Positions 12,409 to 24,819 of a DNA stretch of 64,000 nt are shown piece after piece. Below the pieces are notes generated by a model. It had not been told where the DNA came from. It saw nothing but the letters and a program-made list of their open reading frames with translations, and searched no databases. Origin of the DNA: Lama glama (Eukaryota); the NCBI GenBank assembly GCA_028534125.1, contig CM052817.1:63738001-63802000 (forward strand), given 5' to 3'. Positions within the stretch are counted from its first letter, which is position 1. Each line of letters opens with the position of its first letter. A program made the translations under genes and the position numbers.

Positions 12409-14731
12409 GACATTTTTAAGATTAGGAGGTTGTTTTAGTTCTCATTAAAATTGTACATAAAAATCTTCTTAAAGAATCATGAAAATCAATATATACCATT
12501 AGATAATGTCATCTAGGGAAAAATTATATAAAATCTTTTCTTAAATTTTTTTGTAGATGTTATGATTTGTGTGTGAATATACTGAGAGAAAAATAGTAAA
12601 TGGAAATGCTGGATACTGCAGGGAGCATATACTTCAACAAAAATATCCAAAGTTCATTTTAATCATACATATGTAGCATATTATTTAGAAATAATACTTG
12701 GATTGAATTTTTTTTCAGTTTTCTAATTGGAACCACCATGAAATATATAGTTCTCCCTTTATGATTTCCCCACCTCCAACATCATCTTGAACTTGGCTAA
12801 TACATGATAGTAACTGTAATCACAGCTATCTAAGAATTTGGCTTTAATGAATTTATCACAGAAAGTTTTAATTATTTTAAGCACTTGTAAAAAATCTATG
12901 ATTTGTGATTCTCCTCAAGCATATATTCACATTCCCTGTTGTTAGGATGTTAGTATCTGCAATTTAATTTAAACTGGTTATGTTCTATTTGTTTCTTCAT
13001 ATGTAGTAACACGGATCTATTACAACTGTATTTCCTGGACAAATATAGACCAAAGAGAATCCATTAGTGCCAATGGAAGTAAAAAAGAAGTGAAAAGGTC
13101 TAAGAAAATGATCATTCTTAACTAGAAAACATAAGTTTTAAATAATGTGTAGATGTTGAATTGAGCAGTGGTGCTGACCTCTAATGTGAATAGCCTCATT
13201 TTATGTTCTATATAGAAACAAGAAAAGGAAATTTACTAGACTCTTTCAGGAAGTGTTCCAGGGTGCAAAAAATAACATTTATGGGAGAAATTAGATGCTA
13301 TAGCAGGGATCAGTGAAGCTTGATTTTATAACCATTTTAGGTGCCCAGAATACCATAAATTTTGTTTCCTTAAATTTTAAGTGTGACTGATGTCACTAGG
13401 TTCTCAGGATGTTCATAAATTGGCATTCTAAGTTTAGGATTTAATTTTTAAAGTCTCTGTTTTTATAGACCATGATAGCACACATCTCTTTCCTTTGTTT
13501 CTAGTGATGTGGAACTGACTGCATAAGCAATTCAGCACATTACAAAAGGCATGCCTTTTTTGAAAAAATCAAATCGAAAGCCAGAACTTTACTAGTTTAT
13601 CATCTTCATTTTAAAAAATCAACATAAGTGTTGAAACAGCCTTATGTGAGAATTATTTAAAAGAGATTTCTAGGTGTGGCAGAGTTACTCTAATATTGTT
13701 CAATGTAATTGCTCTATTTATACCCTTGTTTAATTTCTCTTGTGATAAAACAATCAAATCACATAGTGATCTGCAGCATCATTACCGATTTAGGATTTGT
13801 AGACAGCGTTGGATGTACTCATAGAATCAACTTTCTCTTTGAATTTAGCAACTACTGAATTAAGAACTATTTGAGTCAAATGCTATTTTTCTAAATCACC
13901 ACTAATAATAAAACACTTGTTCATACACTAGTACAGAAAATGTTCGGGTTCAAATTCACAGTATCTTTATAATGTAGGTATTTGTCTACTTTATGAATTT
14001 TTCCCTATAGATTACTGTCAATTGCAGAAAGTTCATTATACCACATGTCACAAATTATATAGGTCATAGTAGGCTCTCTACCAGGGATCCAAAAAAGCTG
14101 TAACTTCAAAAATATGTCATTTATAAAAGAATGTGGCCAAGAGAGCCAAGATTACAACCTCAAAAAAAATGAATGATTAATTTATCTCTGACATTATCAT
14201 AAATTGACAGATGGAAAATATCTTGAGAATCTTTTACTCAGGAAGAAATACCAAATCATATTTAGCTTTTCGGTTTTTGAAAATCTGAATGAATTGGATT
14301 GAAATCAATCTCAAATTGAGCATTGGTGCTATTTCTAAATCACTTAATCATTAATGGATGTTCTGATAATATTTGGAGGTAGTCTTTTATACCGTGAAAG
14401 CTTAGAATATTCTATAAGATGCTCCTTTCTCACTGTTGAGATTATACCTAACTTTCTGTTACTTTAAGTTTCTGCCAAATTTTAAATTTCTAATGTAAAC
14501 TTCCATAAAATCTAAAAATAATGACAAAAATTAGATCACAGGTATAACCATGCAATGTTATGTTTCCAGCTTGCCATTATTACCTGGAATGTTAATAAAT
14601 TAATTTTCCAAAACAAATACACTTAGCATAAACACAAGAAAAATCCCACAAATAATATCTTATTCCTAATTTCTGACCTAAATATCCCTTCTTAACTTTC
14701 TCATTCTAAATAGGGACATGGTTTTGAAGAG

Positions 14732-15010
14732 TAATAACTATATGGTCAGCACAATTCTAAGTACTTCAAGCATATTAACTCAGTGAACTAAGCAGAATTC
14801 AGTTAGTACCTAAGTCAGTGAATCTGTACAACAAACATAAAGAAAGTATCATTATTGTCTCCATCATCATTATCAGATGGGAAAGCAAAGGCACAGAAAC
14901 CTTAGGTAGCTTGCCTAAAGTCATACAGGTTTATGCAGTGAAATTTAAATTTGAACATAGGAAACATAGTTTGAGTCCTTAGTGCTAATCACTATTCTAC
15001 AATGCCTCTT
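14732..15010 (-). mobile_element. MIR SINE (near full length) with small internal insertion
   Basis: cagatgggaaagcaaaggcacagaaaccttaggtagcttgcctaaagtcatacag...tgctaatcactattctacaatgcctct. Confidence 0.75.
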
Positions 15011-15164
15011 AATTTTACAATAAGAAAATAAAAACTCAGTTATAAAAAGAGGTAACTGACAGTGAGCCACAGTAGTGGAGACCATTGGAAACCGGAGAAA
15101 ACATGATTTATTGAAAGGGGCAGCTGCTAAGTAGCACCAGCCAACTGTTGCCAGTGATATGCAC

Positions 15165-15350
15165 TGGGTTGAGATTTCATTTTACTCATTTACAAGCTAA
15201 TAAGATGGCCAGTTACTATTTTATGATGCTGGCAAAAACAGTGAGATTCCTAGGTCAGAGACAAAGAACTCTGCAACTCAAGGCATAGCAAACAGCATGA
15301 TCATCAGCATATTTATGTCCGTTTCCCTTCCTTGTCACATGATGGGTCTT
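15165..15350. mobile_element. ERV-class LTR fragment, family uncertain
   Basis: caagctaataagatggccagttac...gatgctggcaaaaacagtgagattcctaggtcagagacaaagaactc...catagcaaacagcatga resembles old eutherian ERVL-type LTRs. Confidence 0.5.
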
Positions 15351-15654
15351 GTCCCAGACAAACATGTGTGGTTTCTAAATGATGGCATGCATAACATTAC
15401 TTACACAAAAGGAAGCTATTTAGTCATTTCAGAGCTTTATTTTATATGCCCATAATTGCATAGATTAAGTGACATTTTCTGGAGAGCTGCACTGTATAAA
15501 TCAATAAATTTCAGATTTATTAACAATTAGGAGTTTTGACAGACCAGGTCCATCCTGCTATAAATGCATTCCATGGGTAAGAGCTCTATCTAGTAAATAC
15601 TACTGGTGTGATTGCAAGGATGTCTGCTTTTAACATGTTTACAAGGAGATTCAA

Positions 15655-16004
15655 CCAGAAGAAAAATCATATGATCATATTAAAGATGCAGAAAAAGCAT
15701 TTGACAAAATCCAACACCCATTCATGATACAAACTCTCAGCAAGTTAGGAATAAACAGGAAATTGCCTACCTTGATAAACATCTACAGAAATCTCTACAG
15801 CTAACATTTTATTTAATGGTGAGAAACTACATGTTTTTTTCCCTATGACCAGGAACAAGAGATGGATGTTCCTGCTTACCATTCTTATTCAGTATCTTAC
15901 TGGAAGTCTTAGCCAAAGCAATTAAAAAAGAAAGCAATCTCAAATCTATTTACCCAAATGAGCTGAAAATTTACTTTCACACAAAAACCTATATATACAC
16001 AAAT
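15655..16004 (+). mobile_element. Older L1M ORF2 (RT region) fragment fused to a 3' fragment
   Basis: gatgcagaaaaagcatttgacaaaatccaacacccattcatgata encodes DAEKAFDKIQHPFMI; caggaacaagagatggatgt also matches L1 ORF2. Confidence 0.85.
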
Positions 16005-16346
16005 AGAGGCAGAAGACCTAAATAGACATTTCTCCAAAGAAGACATCCAGGTGGCCAACAGGCACATGAAAAGATGCTGAACATCGCTAATTATTAGAGA
16101 ATCGCAAATTAAAACTATAATGAGGTCTCACTTCACATCAGTCAGAATGTCCATCATCAAAAAGTCTACAAATAATAAATGCTGGAGAAGGTGTGGAGGG
16201 AAAAAGAAACCTCCTACACTGTTAGTGGGAATATAAATTGGTGCAGCCACTATGGAGAACAATATGGAGATTTCTTACAACACTAAAAATAGAGTGACCA
16301 CATGATCCAGTAATCCCACTCCTGGGCAGATATCTAAGATAGATAC

Positions 16347-16421
<75 letters not shown>

Positions 16422-16960
16422 GGCAGGCAGACAGGCAGACAGGCAGACAGGCAGGCAGGCAGGCAGGCAGACAGGCAGGCAGACAGGCAGACAGGCAGAC
16501 AATGAAATACTACTGGGCCATAAAAAAGTATAAGATAATGCCATCTGCAACAACTAGATGGCCCTAGAGATTATCATACTAAGTGAAGTCAGAAAGGCAA
16601 ATATCATATGATATAATTTATATGTGGAATCTTAAAAAATGATTCAAATGAGCTTATTTACAAAACAGAAAGAGACTCAAGGACATAGAAAACAAACTGT
16701 TACCAAAGGAGAAAAGAGGGAAAGGGATAAACTAGGAGTTTGGGATTAACAGATACCCACTACTATATAAAAAATAGACTAAAAAAAACCCAAGAACCTA
16801 CTGTATAGCACAAGGAACTATACTCAATATCTTATAATAACCAATAATGGAAAAGAATCTGAAAAACAATATATATATATATGTATAACTGAATCACTTT
16901 GCTATACATTTGAAACTAATACATATTCTAAATCAACTATACTTCAACAAAAATAAATAC
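16005..16960 (+). mobile_element. Younger LINE-1 3' portion (end of ORF2 + 3' UTR) nested in older L1
   Basis: gcagaagacctaaatagacatttctccaaagaagacat...aaatcaactatacttcaa. Probable TSD ATATATACACAAAT (15991-16004) / ATACATACATAAAT (16961-16974). Confidence 0.9.
16337..16500. repeat. Compound tetranucleotide microsatellite (AGAT)n(AGAC)8(AGGC/AGAC)20
   Basis: Directly visible in the sequence. Confidence 0.97.
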
Positions 16961-18138
16961 ATACATACATAAATTCATTGGTTGGCAAATAATAGTTTTA
17001 TTTCCTTGATGATTTTTAAATCATTATTTTAAATTATTTTTTAGTTGAGGATCTTTTTTTATCCATTAGATGAAATATTATCAGAGCAGCAAAGTACTGC
17101 ACTTAGGTTTATAAAATGTTATTTACTTTTTCTCTAAAATTATTTTATACAACAAATTTTACAAATGGAAGTGTTCATTTTCTCTCAAATTACAAAATTA
17201 AGATTTTATTGTTTTTTAATTTAAGTCCAGAATAAAGAGAACAAATGAAAGTATATGCATGGAATCTTAAGATTCTCAGCCTTTCCTTCCAGCTGCCTGT
17301 GTGGAGTGGAAGAGGGATTTGGAAATTGGTCTGCTTCTTAAAAAATCAGTAGTGATAAGGTCAGAATTAAAAAGGGATCTTCTGACTATATTATAACATG
17401 TATATCACATGCAAAGAAAAAAACTGGTATATACTCTGAAATTGTTTGGTACTAAACCACTATCTTTTTAATTATACACTTGTATTTTTTATCTCCCAAT
17501 TCAGTTGTGAACAACTTAGAGACTAATCTACTTATGTATTCTTCACAATACATAGCTCAATTCTTTGCATGCTAGATAGTCAATGAAAGAATAAAATTAG
17601 AGAGCAGAGTAAAGAACTGAATTAGGTAATGTTCCAGGATACTTCAAGTCCCAAATTTTGTAACCTAAAGTCAATTTTCATATACTATGTACATGAATAT
17701 TAAGTTATTTCATTTAGCGATCTACTACTTCTGGGTTTAACCTTTATTCAAGTATTAGGATATAACATGAGCAAATGTTCATTTAAAACTCAAATGAAGA
17801 AAATCTTTAATAAATTCTTTTAAATTAGTTCAGCCAAACTATATTAAAAATTTGAAAATCTGTTTGCTTATCTGCTACTTGTATCAAGTTATTAAGTAGA
17901 CTATATAAAATGTAATTGGAATTATAAATATTCACATCAAATATCTTAAATATAATTAAGTTCAATTAGGGCAAGTGCATATCAAGAAGAAAAATATACA
18001 AACAGAAAAATGCTAGATTTCTAATAAAATAAAACAATTCAGAATTTTTTTAAATGACAATGAAGCCAAGGTTCTTAATAAGATAATATGAGATCTTATT
18101 TATGTCTAATAGGTATCAGATTATTTAAAAATACTGGT

Positions 18139-18139
<1 letters not shown>

Positions 18140-18186
<47 letters not shown>

Positions 18187-18611
18187 GGAATACTGCTCAG
18201 CCATAAAGAAGAATGAAATTTTGCTATTTCCAACAATATAGATGGATTTGGAGGTTATTATGCTAAGTGAAATAAGTCAGACAAATACCATATGCAGAAT
18301 GCATTTACATGCAGAATCTAAAAAATACAAAAACTAGTGAAATATAACAAAAAAGAAACACTCACAAATGTAAGAAACAAACTAATGGTTACTGTGGGAA
18401 GAATAAGATGGGAGGGGCATAAAGGGGTAGGAGAATCAGGTACAAACTATTATATAAAGTAAGCTACAAGAACATATTCAATATAGGAAATATAGCCAAT
18501 ATTTTATAATAACTAAAAATGGAGCATAATCTTTAAAAATTGTGAGTCACTATATTGTATATCTGTAACATACAATAATATACATCATCTGTATTTCAAC
18601 TTAAAAAAAAA
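18140..18611 (+). mobile_element. LINE-1 3' UTR, 5'-truncated
   Basis: caatggaatactgctcagccataaagaagaatgaaattttgc...tatgctaagtgaaataagtcagac...poly(A) at ~18603. Confidence 0.88.
18143..18184. repeat. (CA)21 microsatellite
   Basis: Directly visible in the sequence. Confidence 0.97.
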
Positions 18612-21600
18612 GGCCACATATGTGTCTGATTTGTCAGCAGTCAACTGAAATTACTGAAATATAGAAATGAAGGTAGAACAGTCTTATAGAATAGTGAAGA
18701 AAAACTGGCATCACATTTACTAATTCAATAAATAATCATTAATTATTACACCAGGAAATCTAACTGAAGATCTTTCACTCAGAGATCAGAAAGACATTTA
18801 TACATCTTTATTAACTTATATATTTTCTGCTACAGAAATAAAACAATTTTAAAGCTTGACTGCTTATTCATCCAGCACTGAACCACTACACATTAGTCAC
18901 AAAAGAAGGTAATAAACAACTTTTTCATTCATCTGAATATGCTTTCTGATGTTAGTTTTACTTTTTTAGTCAATCTTTGGGCTACAAAAAGGAAATAATA
19001 CAAGATTGAGAGAAAAGCATCTGAGGACTTAAAATAAATGACAGGGGACTCTGTATTTGTAAGCAGCTATAGTCACATCTTCCTTCTTATCATCAAGAAA
19101 CTGAAAAATACTTTGATCCATATAAGGTAGTATGTGTCATACATAGAAAAAGGTACTATTTAAAACTGTCACTTATATATGAAAGGCTTATTTAGGATAT
19201 TTACTTCTCTCTTAAGTGAAAAGGTTGATTTACTATTGCAGGGGGAAAATACAGCAATCATTGATGGTGGCTGTGATACTTGCTATTTTATTTACAAAAC
19301 AATTAGTAGCTTCCAGATAGGGAAGTAGATAGACAGTTTACATGATTATTAAACAGTGTATTTGCTAGAAAAGTTTAGGAAGACTTCTCTCCTTTTTGGA
19401 ACAAAAAAATGACAACATAATAGTAATATGACAGCAAGAGACATTAACTAATGGTATAATTTAATTGTAGAGATGTTTGGAACTCACGATATTAAACAGA
19501 ATAAGCTTTAAGAACTATGTTTAGTTTTTAACCACTTAACTTCATTTAAGACACTGGTCTTTCAGGAGGAAGTCTTACTGAGGAATTCTTCAGTTTTCAT
19601 GAAAATTAGTTAAAAAGAAAATTCAGATCATCAACTTTGACATCTCAAAATTTTGTAAGGAGAGAAAAATGCCAAAATTTCATAGGGAGAGAAAATGCCA
19701 AACCATATATATCTTCTCTCTCCATAATTTTATTTATTTGCATAAAATAATACCCATAAAATTTTCAATTTTTCTTTTGCCTTATAATTGGAAATATTTT
19801 CTCTAAAACTTTCACTCATATTTCAGGGTTTGAGGAGCCTTAAAACTAATTTTACACTTAAAGGATATTTAAATCCTTAAGGCAGTTACTGAAGCAAAAG
19901 TACTTTTTCTAGGCCAGCACTTTTTATATATAGCTTCCAATAGTTAGGAATACAGAAGTATTTACTTCTACAGGGTGAATACTATCATCACCTTTCTTTC
20001 CCAGTAAATTACAGCAGTTGATTTTTTTTACGTTTTATTGACAATAGCAAGTCAGAATGACGTGTATTTCAAACTCATGAAAATAAAGTTCAAGCTACTA
20101 TATGAGAGTCAATTATGAAGAAATTAATGTTTTCCACGACATGAAATGAACTATCTTACATGATTTTAAGACAACTGATACAGGCGGTAGCCAGAAGGTG
20201 ACCTATTCTAATCCTTAGGGGGATAATATGAATCCGGGCAAGTGAGGACTAATCTAAGACCATCTTTATATAAAAAGCAAGGACTATTCCTGATTCCTGA
20301 TTCTACAAACTGATATGGATATGCAAGGTCCAACATTCCTAATCAATGTTGAGGAAACAAATAATTTAATAGCTCTCTCCATAAAATATCTGGTGGGCAG
20401 AGAGCTCACTCTGAAGGAGAAGAGAATTTAGGGTACCCTAGCTTGTTTAAGCAACCTGGCTGAACATAGGTGGCATTAGTTTGTACATGTAGCTACTAAT
20501 TTACAGGATCCCATTAAAATTACTATCTTCTAGCTTGTAGAGCTAAGAAAGGAAGGAGCTAAGGAAGAAAAACAATGTTCAAGGCAAATAAAGTAACTTG
20601 AGACTGAAAAACTCTGAGTGAAAGGATGTATTAATTTGTAGCCATAATTCCCTTTGCTTAAGAGAAGAACCATTGAACGTGAGCATAGACAGGTCAGTTA
20701 TCAATTGTCCCGGGAATTACTAGGTCAACATCAATGGCAGAATCAGTGAAGAAGAAACATCACTGCACTAAGTACCAATACCTAGTCAGAACATAATTAG
20801 TGAAGTAAAGGCTAAGGGAGGAGCACACTGAAACTTGAAGGGCATCATCCTCGGAACGGGGTAGTATCAGGAGAAAGAAAGGGCCAGAGGGAGTACATTT
20901 TGGCACTTGTCAGTTATTAACTGTCATAGAGGACACAAAACTCATCTCTGACTTTCTTGGAGAAGAAAATAGTTGATATTTCTAATGATTTTACTATTGA
21001 GAATTCAAAGCAAAGCCTCCTTCCCTTACTACTTCTATTATCACTGATTCTCCTCCAACAATGATTCTAATCCACAAACCTCAACTTATAAACAAGGTGC
21101 TATGGCCTGGTAAACCAGAGTTTATATTTTAGGAGAATATGAAAATGAGTTATTAGGAGAACCAGAGATAAGAATTTGGTAACTGTTGAAAAAGTATCTT
21201 TTCCTTGGCTACAAACATGGTAGTTTATCAAGAAGTTGACGTTGAAATACTACTTTGAAGAAATAATGAAACTTCTACATTGCAATCAGAACAACAGAGT
21301 AGAAAAGAACATAATTTTCATTTGGGTAAGATTTTTTTCTGCCTTCATAGATCCTTAAAGTATACCTTAGGCAAAAGCACTTTTTGGTAGTAAAATTAGT
21401 GATGGCTTAAATAAGTTTTAGGCACCCTGAAACTCACACAGAAAAGAATATATTTCAATGTAACTGATTAAAATAACATTAATTCATGTCAAAAATAGGT
21501 TAAATCGATGTGGATCTGGTTCCTTTCTACTCTCCCTATTTTTGATACTGTTACCTTCAAATCATCACCCAATACCACTGCAAAAATCATATATTTCACC

Positions 21601-24189
21601 CAAATTTTTGACCACAGTAATCCATTGTCTATGCAAAATACGTGTAACCTTTCCAGTTTTAAAAATACTTTAGATAGATAATTCCATGAATTAAGTTCTG
21701 TGTTAAATCAAGTACACATATATAGGAAAGAGGTTTGCAATATTGCAACTAGCATGGCCAGAGCTTCATTGTTTTCTTGACAACATTGCCTCACGCAGGG
21801 TAGAAATTGTCACTTTCTACTCCTTCTCTGAATTATCAAAGATAAAGGTATTTTTTGCTAATAAGCTATGATTCTTAAACTTCATAGTTTTGGTGTTAGG
21901 GTGAGGGTTATAGTTCCCTGTGAGGATATTATGAAAACTATCCACAGAAAAATACCCAAGGGTTTGAGCACACAGTATTTTGCTTTTCTTTTAAAGGGCT
22001 TATGGAGTCCATGAAAATGATCCATAATATATAATCACCCAATCTCTCTAGGTTGAAATCAGTTCTTAAGGTCCAAAGATCTATCTCTATTTCAGTATAA
22101 TAACTAGCAACAGGATTAACCTGGAATCCTTTCAGGACATAGTAGAGCAGATCATACCTCTGACAGGCACGTCAAGACCTAATATGATAGGCTGAAAATA
22201 GATTTCCTGGGATAGACCTTAACAAGTCTCCCAAAATTTAGTAGGAAGTTCATAAGATTATCAAGAGCTCTGTAAGCAGAAATGAATGGGAAGAATTAAA
22301 CCAAGACTGTAGTCCATGGAGAGTCAAAGATCTCTTTTGGAATGGCAAATGACAGGCACCTTTTAAGAGTTAACTTTGGGGTTTTAAGTAATGTATTACG
22401 ACCTTTCTATCTGAAGAGCAAAACTGATTTCTAAAACCGAAAGTTTAAATCACATTTCCAAAGGAAATGAAATACTATCTCAGAAACTTTAAAACTATGG
22501 TATAAAGCTGGATTTTTATTTAAAAATGAAAGTTAAAGTCACATTTTAAAATAATATATTTTATAGCTATAACAAAATATTTTCTACAAAGATAATATGG
22601 GTATTTGGAAATAAACTTAGGAATGAACCTTCATCCAAAAAACTTGTAATTTAAATCAACCCTTATCATTTTCTATTAGCAATTTGTCAAGAAAAAATAA
22701 AGGAAATAATATTTTAAAATATTAAAAAGTTAAAACTGGGTTTTACTTAATTTATATTAACATATAACAGTCTGTTTCTACTCAGAAATCATGAGTGTCT
22801 ACCTATAGTTCAGGGGAAAAAACAAAGACTACATATTGTTTAATATACTTTGTTTCTAATATTGTCTACATGTCTAATGTCATACCATCCACCTTATATT
22901 TTAGCAATACTGAAAATGAAAGCTTGCTAAAAATATTTTATTCTCTCATGTCTCTTTGAGTTTGCATATATCATTGCTTTTATCTAGAACATGCTCCTTT
23001 TTCTTGTACAAATAAAAAACTCCCATTAATTTCATATTTCATGTAAAATATTTTCTGAAGATTTCCTGACTCCATTTGATTGACTTACATCTTGGTACTT
23101 TTCATCAAATCCAATACAATAATTATTTTATTATAATTAAAATATTTATATTTTTTCTCCTTATCAAATTGCTACATATTTGAGAACAAAGACTTCTCAT
23201 TTTTGGATCCTCAGCGCCTAAGCCATTCTGGGTGCCTATTTATAAACTAGAAATAAATGAATATAGCCATGAAATAAAAGCATAGTAACTATGACTACAA
23301 TTTATGGATTCAACTATTTATCAAGTATAGCAATAAATGGTTTTTGGTACAATTTTTGTATGACATTTTTAGTAATTTTTTATCCTTATATCTCATTTAT
23401 TAAATGACTGAAGGGAGACTGAGATTAAATTTTTCCCTAATCCAATGAACCTACCTTTTCTCTGTAACTGTGGCTTTAAATTTTTTCTTTTTACCTTTGA
23501 GCAGTGAAACTGTTTCTCTAACGTAATTTTATGTAAGTGTATAATATATTAAACATAGAAAATCAAGCCACTCCAGTTGAAGCAGATAATGGAGGTCTAA
23601 ACACATACCTCGTGTCTTTTCATCTCTTGTAAGTGGCACTTTGGAGGCAATATGAACAATCTAATGCCCTAGAAAATTTGTTTTCAATACCCCGATCATA
23701 TACTGCCTTATTTCTTTTTATTTACTTTCAAGATTGTGCATAGGCAATTCTGTATATTAGAAAATAATCTAGATAGCAGTTTCTAAAGCAGTCTTCTCAA
23801 CTTTCTTCTGTAATATCTACAAAGTCCCCCCAAAACTTGAGAAACTTCTTATAATAATAAAAGCCTCATCTGTCAGAATCTGAGAGGAAAAGATACTAAT
23901 ATCAAGCCAACTGGAGCTCATCTGAGACTAACAATTGGTATCTAACATGTATTTTTAGCAAGTAATAATGAACAAAATCAAAGAAAGAAAAGATGATTTG
24001 GAGATATTTTATCACTCTTCAAATTTTATATCCTCATAATCAGAAGTTGAACAAAAATTATGAGACTCAAATGGTAAATTTCTGAAACTCCTTTCCAATG
24101 TATTTACACTTCTTTTGAAAAATCTAGAGAACTGTTTGTCTTTCATTACATTAATATATCAAGAAAGCTAAAATATAAAGAGCAAGAGT

Positions 24190-24660
24190 AGAATCTTAAA
24201 TGCATAAAACTAAATGAAAGAAGTCAATCTGAAAAGTCTATATACTGTATGATTGCAACTTTATGATATTCTAGAAAAAGCAAAACTATGATCCTAAAAT
24301 TATCAGTGGTTGCCAATGGATAGGGAGAAGAATAAGCAGAATACAGAGGATTTTTAGGGCATTGAAAATACTTTGTGTGATATTAAAATGATGAGTATAT
24401 ATCATTGTATATTTTTCCAAGCCCACAGAATGCACAACACTTAGAGTAAACCCTAAGGTAAACTATAGGCTTTGGGTGGTTGTAATGTGACAATGTACGT
24501 TCATCCTTGGTTAAAAATATAATATTCTGATGAGTGATGTGATTAATGGGGGATCTATGCATGTATGGGGGACAAGCAGAACATGGGAAATATCTGTACT
24601 TCCCTCAAAAATTCATTGTAAATCTAAAACTGCTCTTAAAAATATAAGGTCTTTTAAAAA
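24190..24660 (+). mobile_element. L1MC-type 3' end
   Basis: aatgaaagaagtcaatctgaaaagtctatatactgtatgatt...cccacagaatgcacaacacttagagtaaaccctaaggtaaactatagg...aaatctaaaactgctctt. Confidence 0.85.
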
Positions 24661-24819
24661 AGCAAGAATATAATTTAAAATGTTGCTGATGGTACTAATG
24701 ATCAGAATTACATTAATAAAGTATCTAACTAGTAACATGGGGTTGGAAAAAAAGTTAAAATTCATTCAAAAATTGAACAAATTATTACTGAGTCCCTATT
24801 ATATACCAAGCACTGTTGT

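Noticed and set aside
16275..16553. 92-aa ORF with repeated CLPV/LSIY units
   Set aside because: It is the translation of the tetranucleotide microsatellite.
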